Below, piece by piece: positions 1-7,712 of a DNA stretch of 60,857 nucleotides. The number at the start of each line of letters is the position of its first letter. Within the stretch, counting starts at the first letter, position 1. The stretch lies in the sequence record SRR31156797_528; one strand, 5' to 3'. The position numbers and the translations under genes were made by a program. The notes beneath the pieces were generated by a model. It saw nothing but the letters and a program-made list of their open reading frames with translations. It did no database searches and was not told the origin of the DNA.

Positions 1-1940
1 CTGTAGCACATATGGGTGTGAATCTGTGTTGTGTCTGCAACCGTGCTATGACAAAGTCTGAACGACTTAATTGCCCAATCCAGATATTTTTCGTTCCAGT
101 CTGCTCTGCGTAAAGGAAGCTTTTCCTTAAGCGCTGCTTCGTCAATCTGTATTACATTAATGCCTTCACTCTCTAAGTCCAACACCTCATCTCTGATAGC
201 CAATCCGATTTGATATGCCATTTCTTTTAGGGAGATATCCTCTCTTGGGAAAGACCAGTTAAGTATTGTTACAGGACCTGTAAGCATACCTTTGACTGGT
301 TTATTTGATAGTGAGCTGGCATATTTGGAAAAGTAGGTTGTGATAGGTTTTACACGAGATATATCTTTGCAAATAATAGGTGGCTTTACGCACCTTGTAC
401 CATAAGACTGAACCCATGCCTTTTCAGTAAAAACGAATCCGTCAAGATTCTCTCCGAAGAACTCGACCATATCGTTTCGCTCATATTCACCATGCACTAA
501 AATATCTATATCAAGCTCTTCCTGCAGTTTGATACATTCATTAATATATTTCTTTATGTTAGCATAATACTCATCTTGCGAAATTTCACCTGTACGATAT
601 TTGCGGCGATTCCTTTTTACTTCCGCTGTTTGAGGGAATGAGCCTATAGTCGTTGTAGGGAGTGCTGGAAGCTTCAGTGCTTCTTGTTGTATTTTCCCTC
701 TTTTTTTTCTTAGGGTAGCTCTGACAAAATCTTTTTCAGTAAGCTGCAATAATCTTTTTTGCACTTTAGCATTGCTTAATTGATTTCTATTATTGAAAAT
801 TCTTTGATTATCAATATATTTAGTTTCTTGTACTGCATCATGAGATTCTTGTAAGACACATATATCTGACAGTTCCTGCAATTTCTCTTCTGCAAATGCA
901 AGTCTGTTTTTTACGACCGCATCCATTTGTGTTTCATTTTTTAGTGTATATGGAACATGCAGCAGGGAACATGAAGTATTGATTACAATGTTATCAGTAT
1001 ATTTTTTTATTGATTCTATATTATTTAGCTTTTGCTTGTAATCAGATTTCCAGATGTTTTTTCCGTTAATAATACCTGCAAAAAGCACTTTTTCCTTTGG
1101 AAATCCATTTTCTTTTATCAGTTGTAGTGATTTTTCACCTTCTACAAAGTCTAAACCTATACCATCAAAATCCAGATTTATAGTTTCTTTATAGCAATCT
1201 CTTATGTCGCCAAAATATGTTTGAAGTAATACTTTTACTTTACCTTTGTGCTTTAAAATTTCTAAATATATCTTATTATAAATCTCAAGATCATGCTGAT
1301 TAAGGTCAGTTACCAATATTGGCTCGTCTATTTGAAGCCACTTAACATCAGCCTTGTTACATTTATCCAGAATATCAATATACGCTTTAATAATATCATC
1401 AATGTAATCATCAATAGTTTTATTACCAACATACAATGCCAGCTTAAGAAATGTAAATCCGCCAATAACTACAGGCTTTGTATTAATCCCATTTTTCTCA
1501 GCAATATAATAATCCTGCAGGAAATCTTCATTTACTAGTTGGATATTTGTATCATCGGAAAGCTCAGGCTCGATATAGTGGTAATTTGTATTAAACCATT
1601 TTTTCATGACTAGGGCTTTAGCGTCACCGTTTTCGCCCTGATATCCTCTTGCCATAGCAAAGTACGTATCAAGTGGTTTGAGATTCAGATCTTTGTATTT
1701 TTTTGGTATAGCATTTAACAGAGTAATGGTATCCAACATTCCATCATAATATGAAAAATCATTGGATGTGATATAGTCGATGCCAGTAGATTTTTGCAGT
1801 TTAAGCTGATGAATCTTTATATCAACAGCAATGTTTTGTAGTTCTTGTTCATCTATTTCATTGCGAAAGTATTTCTCTGTCGCAAACTTTAATTGTCTTA
1901 ATCCCCCAACCCTTGGATATCCGATAACTGCACTTTTCAT
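1..1940 (-). CDS. metE: Cobalamin-independent methionine synthase (3' end runs off the window)
   Basis: Not in the ORF track; translated by hand. ATG at 1940 after RBS GGAG gives MKSAVIGYPRVGG..., KKWFNTNYHY, LPTTTIGSFPQT, HGEYERNDMVEFF, PVKGMLTGPVT, QIDEAA and the Zn-ligand motif QIHTHMCY at the window edge. Confidence 0.97.
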   Translation of the reverse strand, partial: MKSAVIGYPRVGGLRQLKFATEKYFRNEIDEQELQNIAVDIKIHQLKLQKSTGIDYITSNDFSYYDGMLDTITLLNAIPKKYKDLNLKPLDTYFAMARGYQGENGDAKALVMKKWFNTNYHYIEPELSDDTNIQLVNEDFLQDYYIAEKNGINTKPVVIGGFTFLKLALYVGNKTIDDYIDDIIKAYIDILDKCNKADVKWLQIDEPILVTDLNQHDLEIYNKIYLEILKHKGKVKVLLQTYFGDIRDCYKETINLDFDGIGLDFVEGEKSLQLIKENGFPKEKVLFAGIINGKNIWKSDYKQKLNNIESIKKYTDNIVINTSCSLLHVPYTLKNETQMDAVVKNRLAFAEEKLQELSDICVLQESHDAVQETKYIDNQRIFNNRNQLSNAKVQKRLLQLTEKDFVRATLRKKRGKIQQEALKLPALPTTTIGSFPQTAEVKRNRRKYRTGEISQDEYYANIKKYINECIKLQEELDIDILVHGEYERNDMVEFFGENLDGFVFTEKAWVQSYGTRCVKPPIICKDISRVKPITTYFSKYASSLSNKPVKGMLTGPVTILNWSFPREDISLKEMAYQIGLAIRDEVLDLESEGINVIQIDEAALKEKLPLRRADWNEKYLDWAIKSFRLCHSTVADTTQIHTHMCY

Positions 1941-2022
1941 TTTTTACTCCATTCAATTAGCTTAATCTTACAATTAGTATAGTTTTATGGAGTTATTATG
2001 TAAAATTCTAAAAAAATATGGC

Positions 2023-2047
2023 TTGATATAGGTATTAGCTATATCAA
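2023..2047. promoter_or_regulatory. MetR/MtaR-type LysR operator upstream of metE
   Basis: Perfect inverted repeat TTGATATAG-N7-CTATATCAA containing TATAG-N7-CTATA, about 85 bp upstream of the metE start. Confidence 0.75.
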
Positions 2048-2955
2048 TGAATGAATCCTAATGTATGTTCATATAGGCGTTTTATATAGTCTTTAACTAA
2101 ATCACTCATAATCATGTGCTTATGGGAAATAATGCCAATTTTTATATAATCATCAGCATCAAGAGGTACTGCAATAATATTTTTTCCATTTAGCTTTGGA
2201 TCTATTATGCCTGTTGAAATAGTATATCCATCTAAGCCAATCAAGAGATTAAACAGTGTAGCTCTGTCGCTTACTTTTATATGCTTTTTCTTTTCGATAA
2301 CACTGAGTATCTCTTCTGAATAATAAAATGAATTATGCTCACCCTGACAAAAGGATAAGTAGGGGTAGTCCTCCAAATCCTTTAGTGTTACTACATCAAG
2401 TTTGCTTAAGGGGTTGGAAGAACTGATAAATACATGTGCTTTTGCAGTAAATAATTCTTCAAATATAAAGCCATATTCCTTTATAAGTTTCTGTATTACT
2501 TTACTGTTGAAACTGCTGATATATATAATTCCAATCTGACTGCGCAGATTTTTGACATCTTCAAATATCTCATGAGTAGTTGTTTCCCTTAATGTGAAAT
2601 CGTATTCGTTAAAATCGGTTGATTTTATAATATCTACAAATGCATTTACTGCAAACGAATAATGCTGAGTTGAGATGCTAAAATGCTTCTTTGATGGTTT
2701 GGCATCCAGATATTTCTCTTCTAATAGTAAAGCCTGTTCCACAACCTGCCTTGCATAGCCAATAAATGTCTGCCCCTCAACAGAAACTGTAATACCCCTG
2801 TTTGTTCTATCAAAGATTTTTATATTTATTTCGTTTTCCAATTCTTTTATAGCATTGGTCAAACTAGGCTGTGATATATATAGTGCTTTAGAAGCTGCAC
2901 TAATTGTTCCTTTTTCTGCTATGGCGATTACATATTTTAATTGTTTTAAAGTCAT
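2044..2955 (-). CDS. LysR-family regulator, probably the MetR/MtaR-like activator of metE
   Basis: MTLKQLKY...GTISAASKALYISQPSLT...FDRTNRG LysR HTH; start moved to ATG 2955 (RBS AGGCAGGA). Confidence 0.92.
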   Translation of the reverse strand: MTLKQLKYVIAIAEKGTISAASKALYISQPSLTNAIKELENEINIKIFDRTNRGITVSVEGQTFIGYARQVVEQALLLEEKYLDAKPSKKHFSISTQHYSFAVNAFVDIIKSTDFNEYDFTLRETTTHEIFEDVKNLRSQIGIIYISSFNSKVIQKLIKEYGFIFEELFTAKAHVFISSSNPLSKLDVVTLKDLEDYPYLSFCQGEHNSFYYSEEILSVIEKKKHIKVSDRATLFNLLIGLDGYTISTGIIDPKLNGKNIIAVPLDADDYIKIGIISHKHMIMSDLVKDYIKRLYEHTLGFIH

Positions 2956-3105
2956 AAGTCTGTCCTGCCTAAATATAACTAGTATTTTACGTGGGAATAC
3001 CTGTAAATTATAACACAATCAATTAGTTTGCCAAGTACAGAGGTTGAGATGAGTATTAGATGGTAGTTATCTGGAGCTTTTATATTATATTTATAAGCTA
3101 ATATA

Positions 3106-3158
3106 TTGATTGAATTACAAAACTATGATATACTCAAACAAGTTAGAACGTGCTAACT
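3106..3158 (+). promoter_or_regulatory. Sigma-A promoter with an operator-like inverted repeat for the methyltransferase pair
   Basis: TTGATT(3106)-N17-TATACT(3129) with extended TG; AGTTAG-N6-CTAACT at 3141-3158. Confidence 0.55.
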
Positions 3159-3185
3159 ATTGAGCGTATAGTAGAAAGGATTATT

Positions 3186-3845
3186 ATGAAAAGTGATAAA
3201 GTAAAAGTGGCTTATAAACAATGCAAAGATTTTTATGATGATGCTCTTACAAGGAATAAATTATGGAGCAAATTGTATATTGATATTTTTTGGGGAGTTG
3301 ATGATGTGGAATTGGCTGATGAAATACTTTCATTGATTCCTGATGATTTTAATGGAAAACTTCTGGATGTACCGGTTGGAACCGGTGTATTTACTGCAGA
3401 AAAGTATATGAAAATAAAGAATGCTGAAATCACTGCACTTGATTATTCATCTGATATGCTTGAGCAAGCTAAGTCCAGATTTAAATCAATGGGTATAAAT
3501 AATGTTGACTTTGTACAGGGGAATATTCTGCAACTGCCTTATGAGAATAACTACTTTGATATTGTTCTTTCTATGAATGGCTTTCATGTTTTCAATGAAA
3601 AAAGCAAAGCATTTAGCGAAGTCAGCAGAGTATTGCACAATGGAGGGGTATTTATAGGGTGTTTTTATGTGATGGGTGAAAACAGAAAAACTGATTTTGT
3701 TGTTAATAATTTTCTTTCAAAAAAAGGATGGTTTAATCCTCCTTTCTACACAAAACAGCAGATAGAATCCACATTGAAAAAGGATTATAGTTCTGTTGAA
3801 ATACAATATCGTAAGTCAATGGTATTATTTAAATGTATTAAGTGA
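3186..3845 (+). CDS. Class I SAM-dependent methyltransferase (UbiE/Methyltransf_11/25-like)
   Basis: LLDVPVGTG motif I, LDYS acidic motif, GNILQLPY..FD; ATG 3186 after RBS AGAAAGGA. Confidence 0.9.
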   Translation: MKSDKVKVAYKQCKDFYDDALTRNKLWSKLYIDIFWGVDDVELADEILSLIPDDFNGKLLDVPVGTGVFTAEKYMKIKNAEITALDYSSDMLEQAKSRFKSMGINNVDFVQGNILQLPYENNYFDIVLSMNGFHVFNEKSKAFSEVSRVLHNGGVFIGCFYVMGENRKTDFVVNNFLSKKGWFNPPFYTKQQIESTLKKDYSSVEIQYRKSMVLFKCIK

Positions 3846-3871
3846 TTAATATTATCTAAAAGGAGTTAATC

Positions 3872-4675
3872 ATGTCAAATCTTTCATCTTTATCTGAAAC
3901 ATTGTTTGTGCCGCTTTTAGGTCGTATCTATGCATCAAATAACTGTGCAGATATTCTCTATGATAAAAAGGCGTTGGAAATATCAAATTCACTGCCAAGT
4001 GAATTAGGAAAAATGACAAATCAAAATGAATATATGCTGCTTGCAAGTGCAGTCAGATCAAGAAATTTTGATATTTGTATTCAGGAATTTTTAGGAAGGC
4101 ATCCCAATGGTACTGTAATTAATATAGGCTGCGGATTGGAGAGCTCATTTTATAGAAACGATAACAAAAAGGCATTATGGTACGAATTAGACTTGCCAGA
4201 TGTTCTTAAGCTTAGACAAGAGTATTTACCAAAGCAAGGCAATGAAGAATATCTTGCTTGTTCTATGTTTGATTACGAATGGATAGATATGGTTAAGCAA
4301 AGGTCAAGTAATCATGTACTTATCTTAGCATCAGGAATATTTTATTACTTTAGAGAAGAACAGGTTATTGATTTTATCAGTCATTTATCCGCATTTAAAG
4401 ATGCTGAACTGGTTTTTGATGCAGTATCATCAGCAGGTATAAATATTAATAAGTATTATATGAAAAAGATGGGCAAACAGAACGAGATGATGTATTTTAG
4501 TGTAGATAATGCCAATAAATTCGCTGAAAAACTATCTGGCAGTACGATGGTCATTGATGTGCTCAGTTATTATAGCAGTGCTAAAAAGAGCTCAAATATT
4601 CAGCTTGCAACTAAATTAAAAATGTATATTTCTGATTTTTTTAGTATGGTGAAAATCATAAAATTGAAGCTGTAA
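3872..4675 (+). CDS. Class I SAM methyltransferase, LCM/TcmP-like family
   Basis: ETLFVPLLGR, VINIGCGLES, WYELDLPDV motifs; RBS AAGGAG. Confidence 0.88.
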   Translation: MSNLSSLSETLFVPLLGRIYASNNCADILYDKKALEISNSLPSELGKMTNQNEYMLLASAVRSRNFDICIQEFLGRHPNGTVINIGCGLESSFYRNDNKKALWYELDLPDVLKLRQEYLPKQGNEEYLACSMFDYEWIDMVKQRSSNHVLILASGIFYYFREEQVIDFISHLSAFKDAELVFDAVSSAGININKYYMKKMGKQNEMMYFSVDNANKFAEKLSGSTMVIDVLSYYSSAKKSSNIQLATKLKMYISDFFSMVKIIKLKL

Positions 4676-4907
4676 AAGAATATTTATAATTAAAATTAAA
4701 GATTAGTAAATTTTGATAACTAAGCATTTGAGAAATAAAATTAAGCTACGAAAATTTATGTTAATAATCTTAAAGGAAGAATAGAAAAGAAATTAGTTTA
4801 TACAGATACTCTATTAAATCTCCTAATTATAAAGGGGATATAATGATGATACGAGCATATAATATTGGGTAGAATATATGATAATTCATACTATTTCTGT
4901 AATATAT

Positions 4908-4948
4908 AACCACAGAAGAGCTTTTGTGGTTGAAAAATCTTCTGTGGT
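4908..4948. terminator. Intrinsic terminator hairpin(s) between convergent operons
   Basis: ACCACAGAAGA (4909-4919) pairs with TCTTCTGTGGT (4938-4948) or, alternatively, with CTTTTGTGGTT (4921-4931). Confidence 0.6.
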
Positions 4949-4977
4949 CTTATTTGTTGAAAATCTTACACTTAAAT

Positions 4978-5280
4978 TTATCGGGAGAATGCTTGCTTTT
5001 CATCAAGCAACCCTTTTTCATATGCTTCTCTTAAGAGGTGATATTCATCTCTTCTCCCAAAGTATAAAGCACAGTAATTTCGCTGCACCTGTGTTCCATT
5101 AAAGAGATAATAGGTCATAACATCTATCCCTTCATCCTTCTCAATATGATTTAATGCAAAATCTATAAATTTGGATTCAGCCAGTGTCATTTGCCTGTTT
5201 AAGTCTTTCATAATAATATCTATGGAATCTTTTGTGCTAATCTTAGCAAGATCTACGTAATATTTAATATTTTTTCTTAT
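4978..5280 (-). CDS. Small hypothetical protein (77 aa from ATG 5211; ~100 aa if an ATA start at 5280 is used)
   Basis: The frame stays open upstream to 5286; RBS-like GCAGGTGA precedes the ATA; lies directly downstream of tetR. Confidence 0.65.
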   Translation of the reverse strand: MRKNIKYYVDLAKISTKDSIDIIMKDLNRQMTLAESKFIDFALNHIEKDEGIDVMTYYLFNGTQVQRNYCALYFGRRDEYHLLREAYEKGLLDEKQAFSR

Positions 5281-5282
5281 TT

Positions 5283-5861
5283 TTAATCACCTGCCTTTGT
5301 GAAGATATTGGACAGAAGAAAATCCATATATTCATTTCTAAACGTATCATTATTGAGCATTTTATTTCTGTACTCTACATTGTTCTGAAAATATGAAACA
5401 CCCATATCTATATAATGAAAAATATATGTATTTTCAATATTAGACTTTATCATCCCGTCTTCTTTACCCAAGGCTATTAAATCTAGCAGAATAGTTTCAT
5501 ATAATGTGTTAAATTTATTATATTCATTTTTAAGGTCGCTGTTAAATTTTGCTAAGTCAAAACAAAGAGTTAATCTATTGCTTGCAATAAAATTGCTTAT
5601 GATTTCTATTACATTTGCAACCTTTGCTCTAATCAAAATATTTTCTGATGATTTTTCATTTAGAAGCAATGAGTATTTTTCAAGGATAGATTTACCAACA
5701 TGGAAATATAATTCATCTTTGTCACCAAAGTATTTGTATATAGTGACTTTTGATACGTTAGCTTCCGCTGCAATTTCATCCATAGTAGCCTTCTTAACAC
5801 CGTTTTCAAGGAATAGCTTTATTGATGCATCTAGTATTTTTAATTCTTTTTTGTTCATCAT
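5283..5861 (-). CDS. TetR/AcrR-family transcriptional regulator
   Basis: ILDASIKLFLENG...TMDEIAAEANVSKVTIYKYFGDKDEL HTH; ATGA overlap with the upstream tsf stop. Confidence 0.93.
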   Translation of the reverse strand: MMNKKELKILDASIKLFLENGVKKATMDEIAAEANVSKVTIYKYFGDKDELYFHVGKSILEKYSLLLNEKSSENILIRAKVANVIEIISNFIASNRLTLCFDLAKFNSDLKNEYNKFNTLYETILLDLIALGKEDGMIKSNIENTYIFHYIDMGVSYFQNNVEYRNKMLNNDTFRNEYMDFLLSNIFTKAGD

Positions 5862-6457
5862 TCTTCACCGATTTCATACCTTACGAAACGCTTAATTGTT
5901 ATATTCTCACCGATTCTAGCAATACAATTATCAAGGATATCCTTAACGATGCAATTGGAATCCTTGTAATATTTTTGTTCAAGCAGGCAAGTATTGCTAT
6001 AGAATTTATTGAGTTTACCTTCTATAATTTTATCAATAACATTATTAGGCTTATCTTCTGATTCAAGCTGTTTCCTATAAATATTTCTTTCTTCTTCAAT
6101 GACATTAGCAGAGATGTCATCTCTATTTAGATACATTGGGTTAATAGCAGCAATATGCATTGCAATATCTTTTACAAATGATTTGAAAGTATCTGTACAC
6201 GCAGCAAAATCTGTTTCACAGTAAATTTCTGCTAATACTCCAATCTTTCCGTCTGTATGGATATAAGAACCAACTAAGCCCTCTGATGTAATCCTGGAAG
6301 ACTTCTTTTTTGCTATGACTACACCCTTTTGTCTTAGCAGTTTAGTAGCTTTTTCAGAATCACCGTTAGATTTGAGAAGAGCTTCTTTGCATGCCATGTA
6401 TCCTGCGCCTGTTTGTAAACGTAATTTTTTTATATCGCTTGGATTTATATTATTCAT
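5858..6457 (-). CDS. tsf: Translation elongation factor Ts, short (~199 aa) form, outside the rpsB-tsf-pyrH locus
   Basis: IKKLR.QTGAG.M.CKEAL UBA-like N-terminus, SEGLVGSYIH, CETDF, IAMHIAA, C-terminal IGENI.IKRFVRYEIGE; ATG 6457 after RBS GGGGGT. Confidence 0.93.
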   Translation of the reverse strand: MNNINPSDIKKLRLQTGAGYMACKEALLKSNGDSEKATKLLRQKGVVIAKKKSSRITSEGLVGSYIHTDGKIGVLAEIYCETDFAACTDTFKSFVKDIAMHIAAINPMYLNRDDISANVIEEERNIYRKQLESEDKPNNVIDKIIEGKLNKFYSNTCLLEQKYYKDSNCIVKDILDNCIARIGENITIKRFVRYEIGEE

Positions 6458-6473
6458 ATACGATACCCCCAAA

Positions 6474-6518
6474 ATGTACTATATGTACTAATATAGTACA
6501 TAAATAAATCTATGTCAA
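6474..6518 (-). promoter_or_regulatory. Sigma-A promoter of the tsf-tetR operon overlapped by a palindromic operator
   Basis: Minus-strand TTGACA (6518-6513)-N17-TATATT (6495-6490); perfect IR TATGTACTA-ATA-TAGTACATA (6482-6502) and nested ATGTACTATAT/ATATAGTACAT (6474-6501). Confidence 0.8.
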
Positions 6519-6653
6519 GGTATAAATGAATTATTAAGCTAATATTTAAGATAAACTTAACAAAATTTCTTAAAATGTATTGGTTTATGATAAAATGTTA
6601 TTTGATAGAGTGTTTACTTTATGGTACTAAAATTAGCTATAGAAGGTGAAATT

Positions 6654-7616
6654 TTGGATAAAGCAATAATCAGTGAACTGAAAAAGCTGACAGAAGAAGA
6701 AAAGCAGATACTTAATGGCAAGCATGATATTGATGTTAAGCGTTATATGAGCACAAAATTTTCGAAGGTCATTGACTGCAAAAAATTGATGCAGAGAGGT
6801 GAGCTAATTGCTGTCAGAACTCATACAAGATTTATACATTTTCCAAAACATACACATAACTATGTAGAAGTTATCTATATGCTGGAGGGTGAAACTTGCC
6901 ATATAATTAACGGCGAGAAAGTAATTCTTAATCAGGGTGAATTGCTCTTTCTCAATCAAAATGCAGTGCAGGAGATAGAGAAAGCAGGAGAAAATGATAT
7001 TGCTGTTAACTTCATTATTTTACCTGAATTTTTTGACAGATCACTTACAATGATAGGTGAAGAAGAAAACATGGTAAGAGACTTCATTGTTAGCTGTCTA
7101 AGAAGCGAAAACAGCTCAATGGCATATATGCATTTTAAGGTGGCAGATGTATTACCGGTACAAAACTTAGTTGAAAATCTGATATGGACACTAATAAATA
7201 AAAAAACTAATGAACACAGCATTAATCAAACTACTATGGGTCTGCTGATATTACAGCTTCTAAGTTATGTTGATTTGATGAAAACTGATGATGATAGTTT
7301 GGAAGATGAAATTCTGGTAAAGGTATATCAATTTATTGAGGAAAATTATAGAGATGGTGAATTATCTGATTTGGCTGATAACCTTAATTATAATCTTTAC
7401 TGGTTAAGCCGAATGATTAAGAAACTAACAGGTAAAAATTATACTGAACTGGTACAGAATAAGAGACTAAATCAAGTATCATTTCTTCTAAATAATACTA
7501 CTCTGCCAATTTCTGATATTGGGCATGCAGTTGGATATAGCAATCTAAGCTATTTCTACCGTTTATTCAAGCAGAACTTTGGTATGTCACCAAAAGCCTA
7601 TAGGCATAATAAATAA
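6654..7616 (+). CDS. AraC-family regulator with cupin sensor domain, probable rhamnose operon activator
   Basis: FPKHTHNYVE cupin motif, C-terminal double HTH (VGYSNLSYFYRLFKQNFGMSP); TTG start at 6654 after RBS GAAGGTG. Confidence 0.88.
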   Translation: MDKAIISELKKLTEEEKQILNGKHDIDVKRYMSTKFSKVIDCKKLMQRGELIAVRTHTRFIHFPKHTHNYVEVIYMLEGETCHIINGEKVILNQGELLFLNQNAVQEIEKAGENDIAVNFIILPEFFDRSLTMIGEEENMVRDFIVSCLRSENSSMAYMHFKVADVLPVQNLVENLIWTLINKKTNEHSINQTTMGLLILQLLSYVDLMKTDDDSLEDEILVKVYQFIEENYRDGELSDLADNLNYNLYWLSRMIKKLTGKNYTELVQNKRLNQVSFLLNNTTLPISDIGHAVGYSNLSYFYRLFKQNFGMSPKAYRHNK

Positions 7617-7625
7617 TGTATTAGT

Positions 7626-7660
7626 GCAAATAAGGACACTGTTTTTCGCAAATGATGTCA
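7626..7660 (+). promoter_or_regulatory. Putative AraC tandem binding sites upstream of rhaB
   Basis: GCAAATAAGGACA and GCAAATGATGTCA as direct repeats 22 bp apart. Confidence 0.5.
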
Positions 7661-7712
7661 TTTATTTACTGAAAAAGTCAATGTAGAATATAGAATAGAA
7701 GGAGTAATAGTT

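Noticed and set aside
1293-1538. 81-aa plus-strand ORF
   Set aside because: Antisense to metE, with no RBS or recognisable motif
1941-2043. SAM riboswitch or T-box upstream of metE
   Set aside because: The region is too short and lacks the conserved motifs
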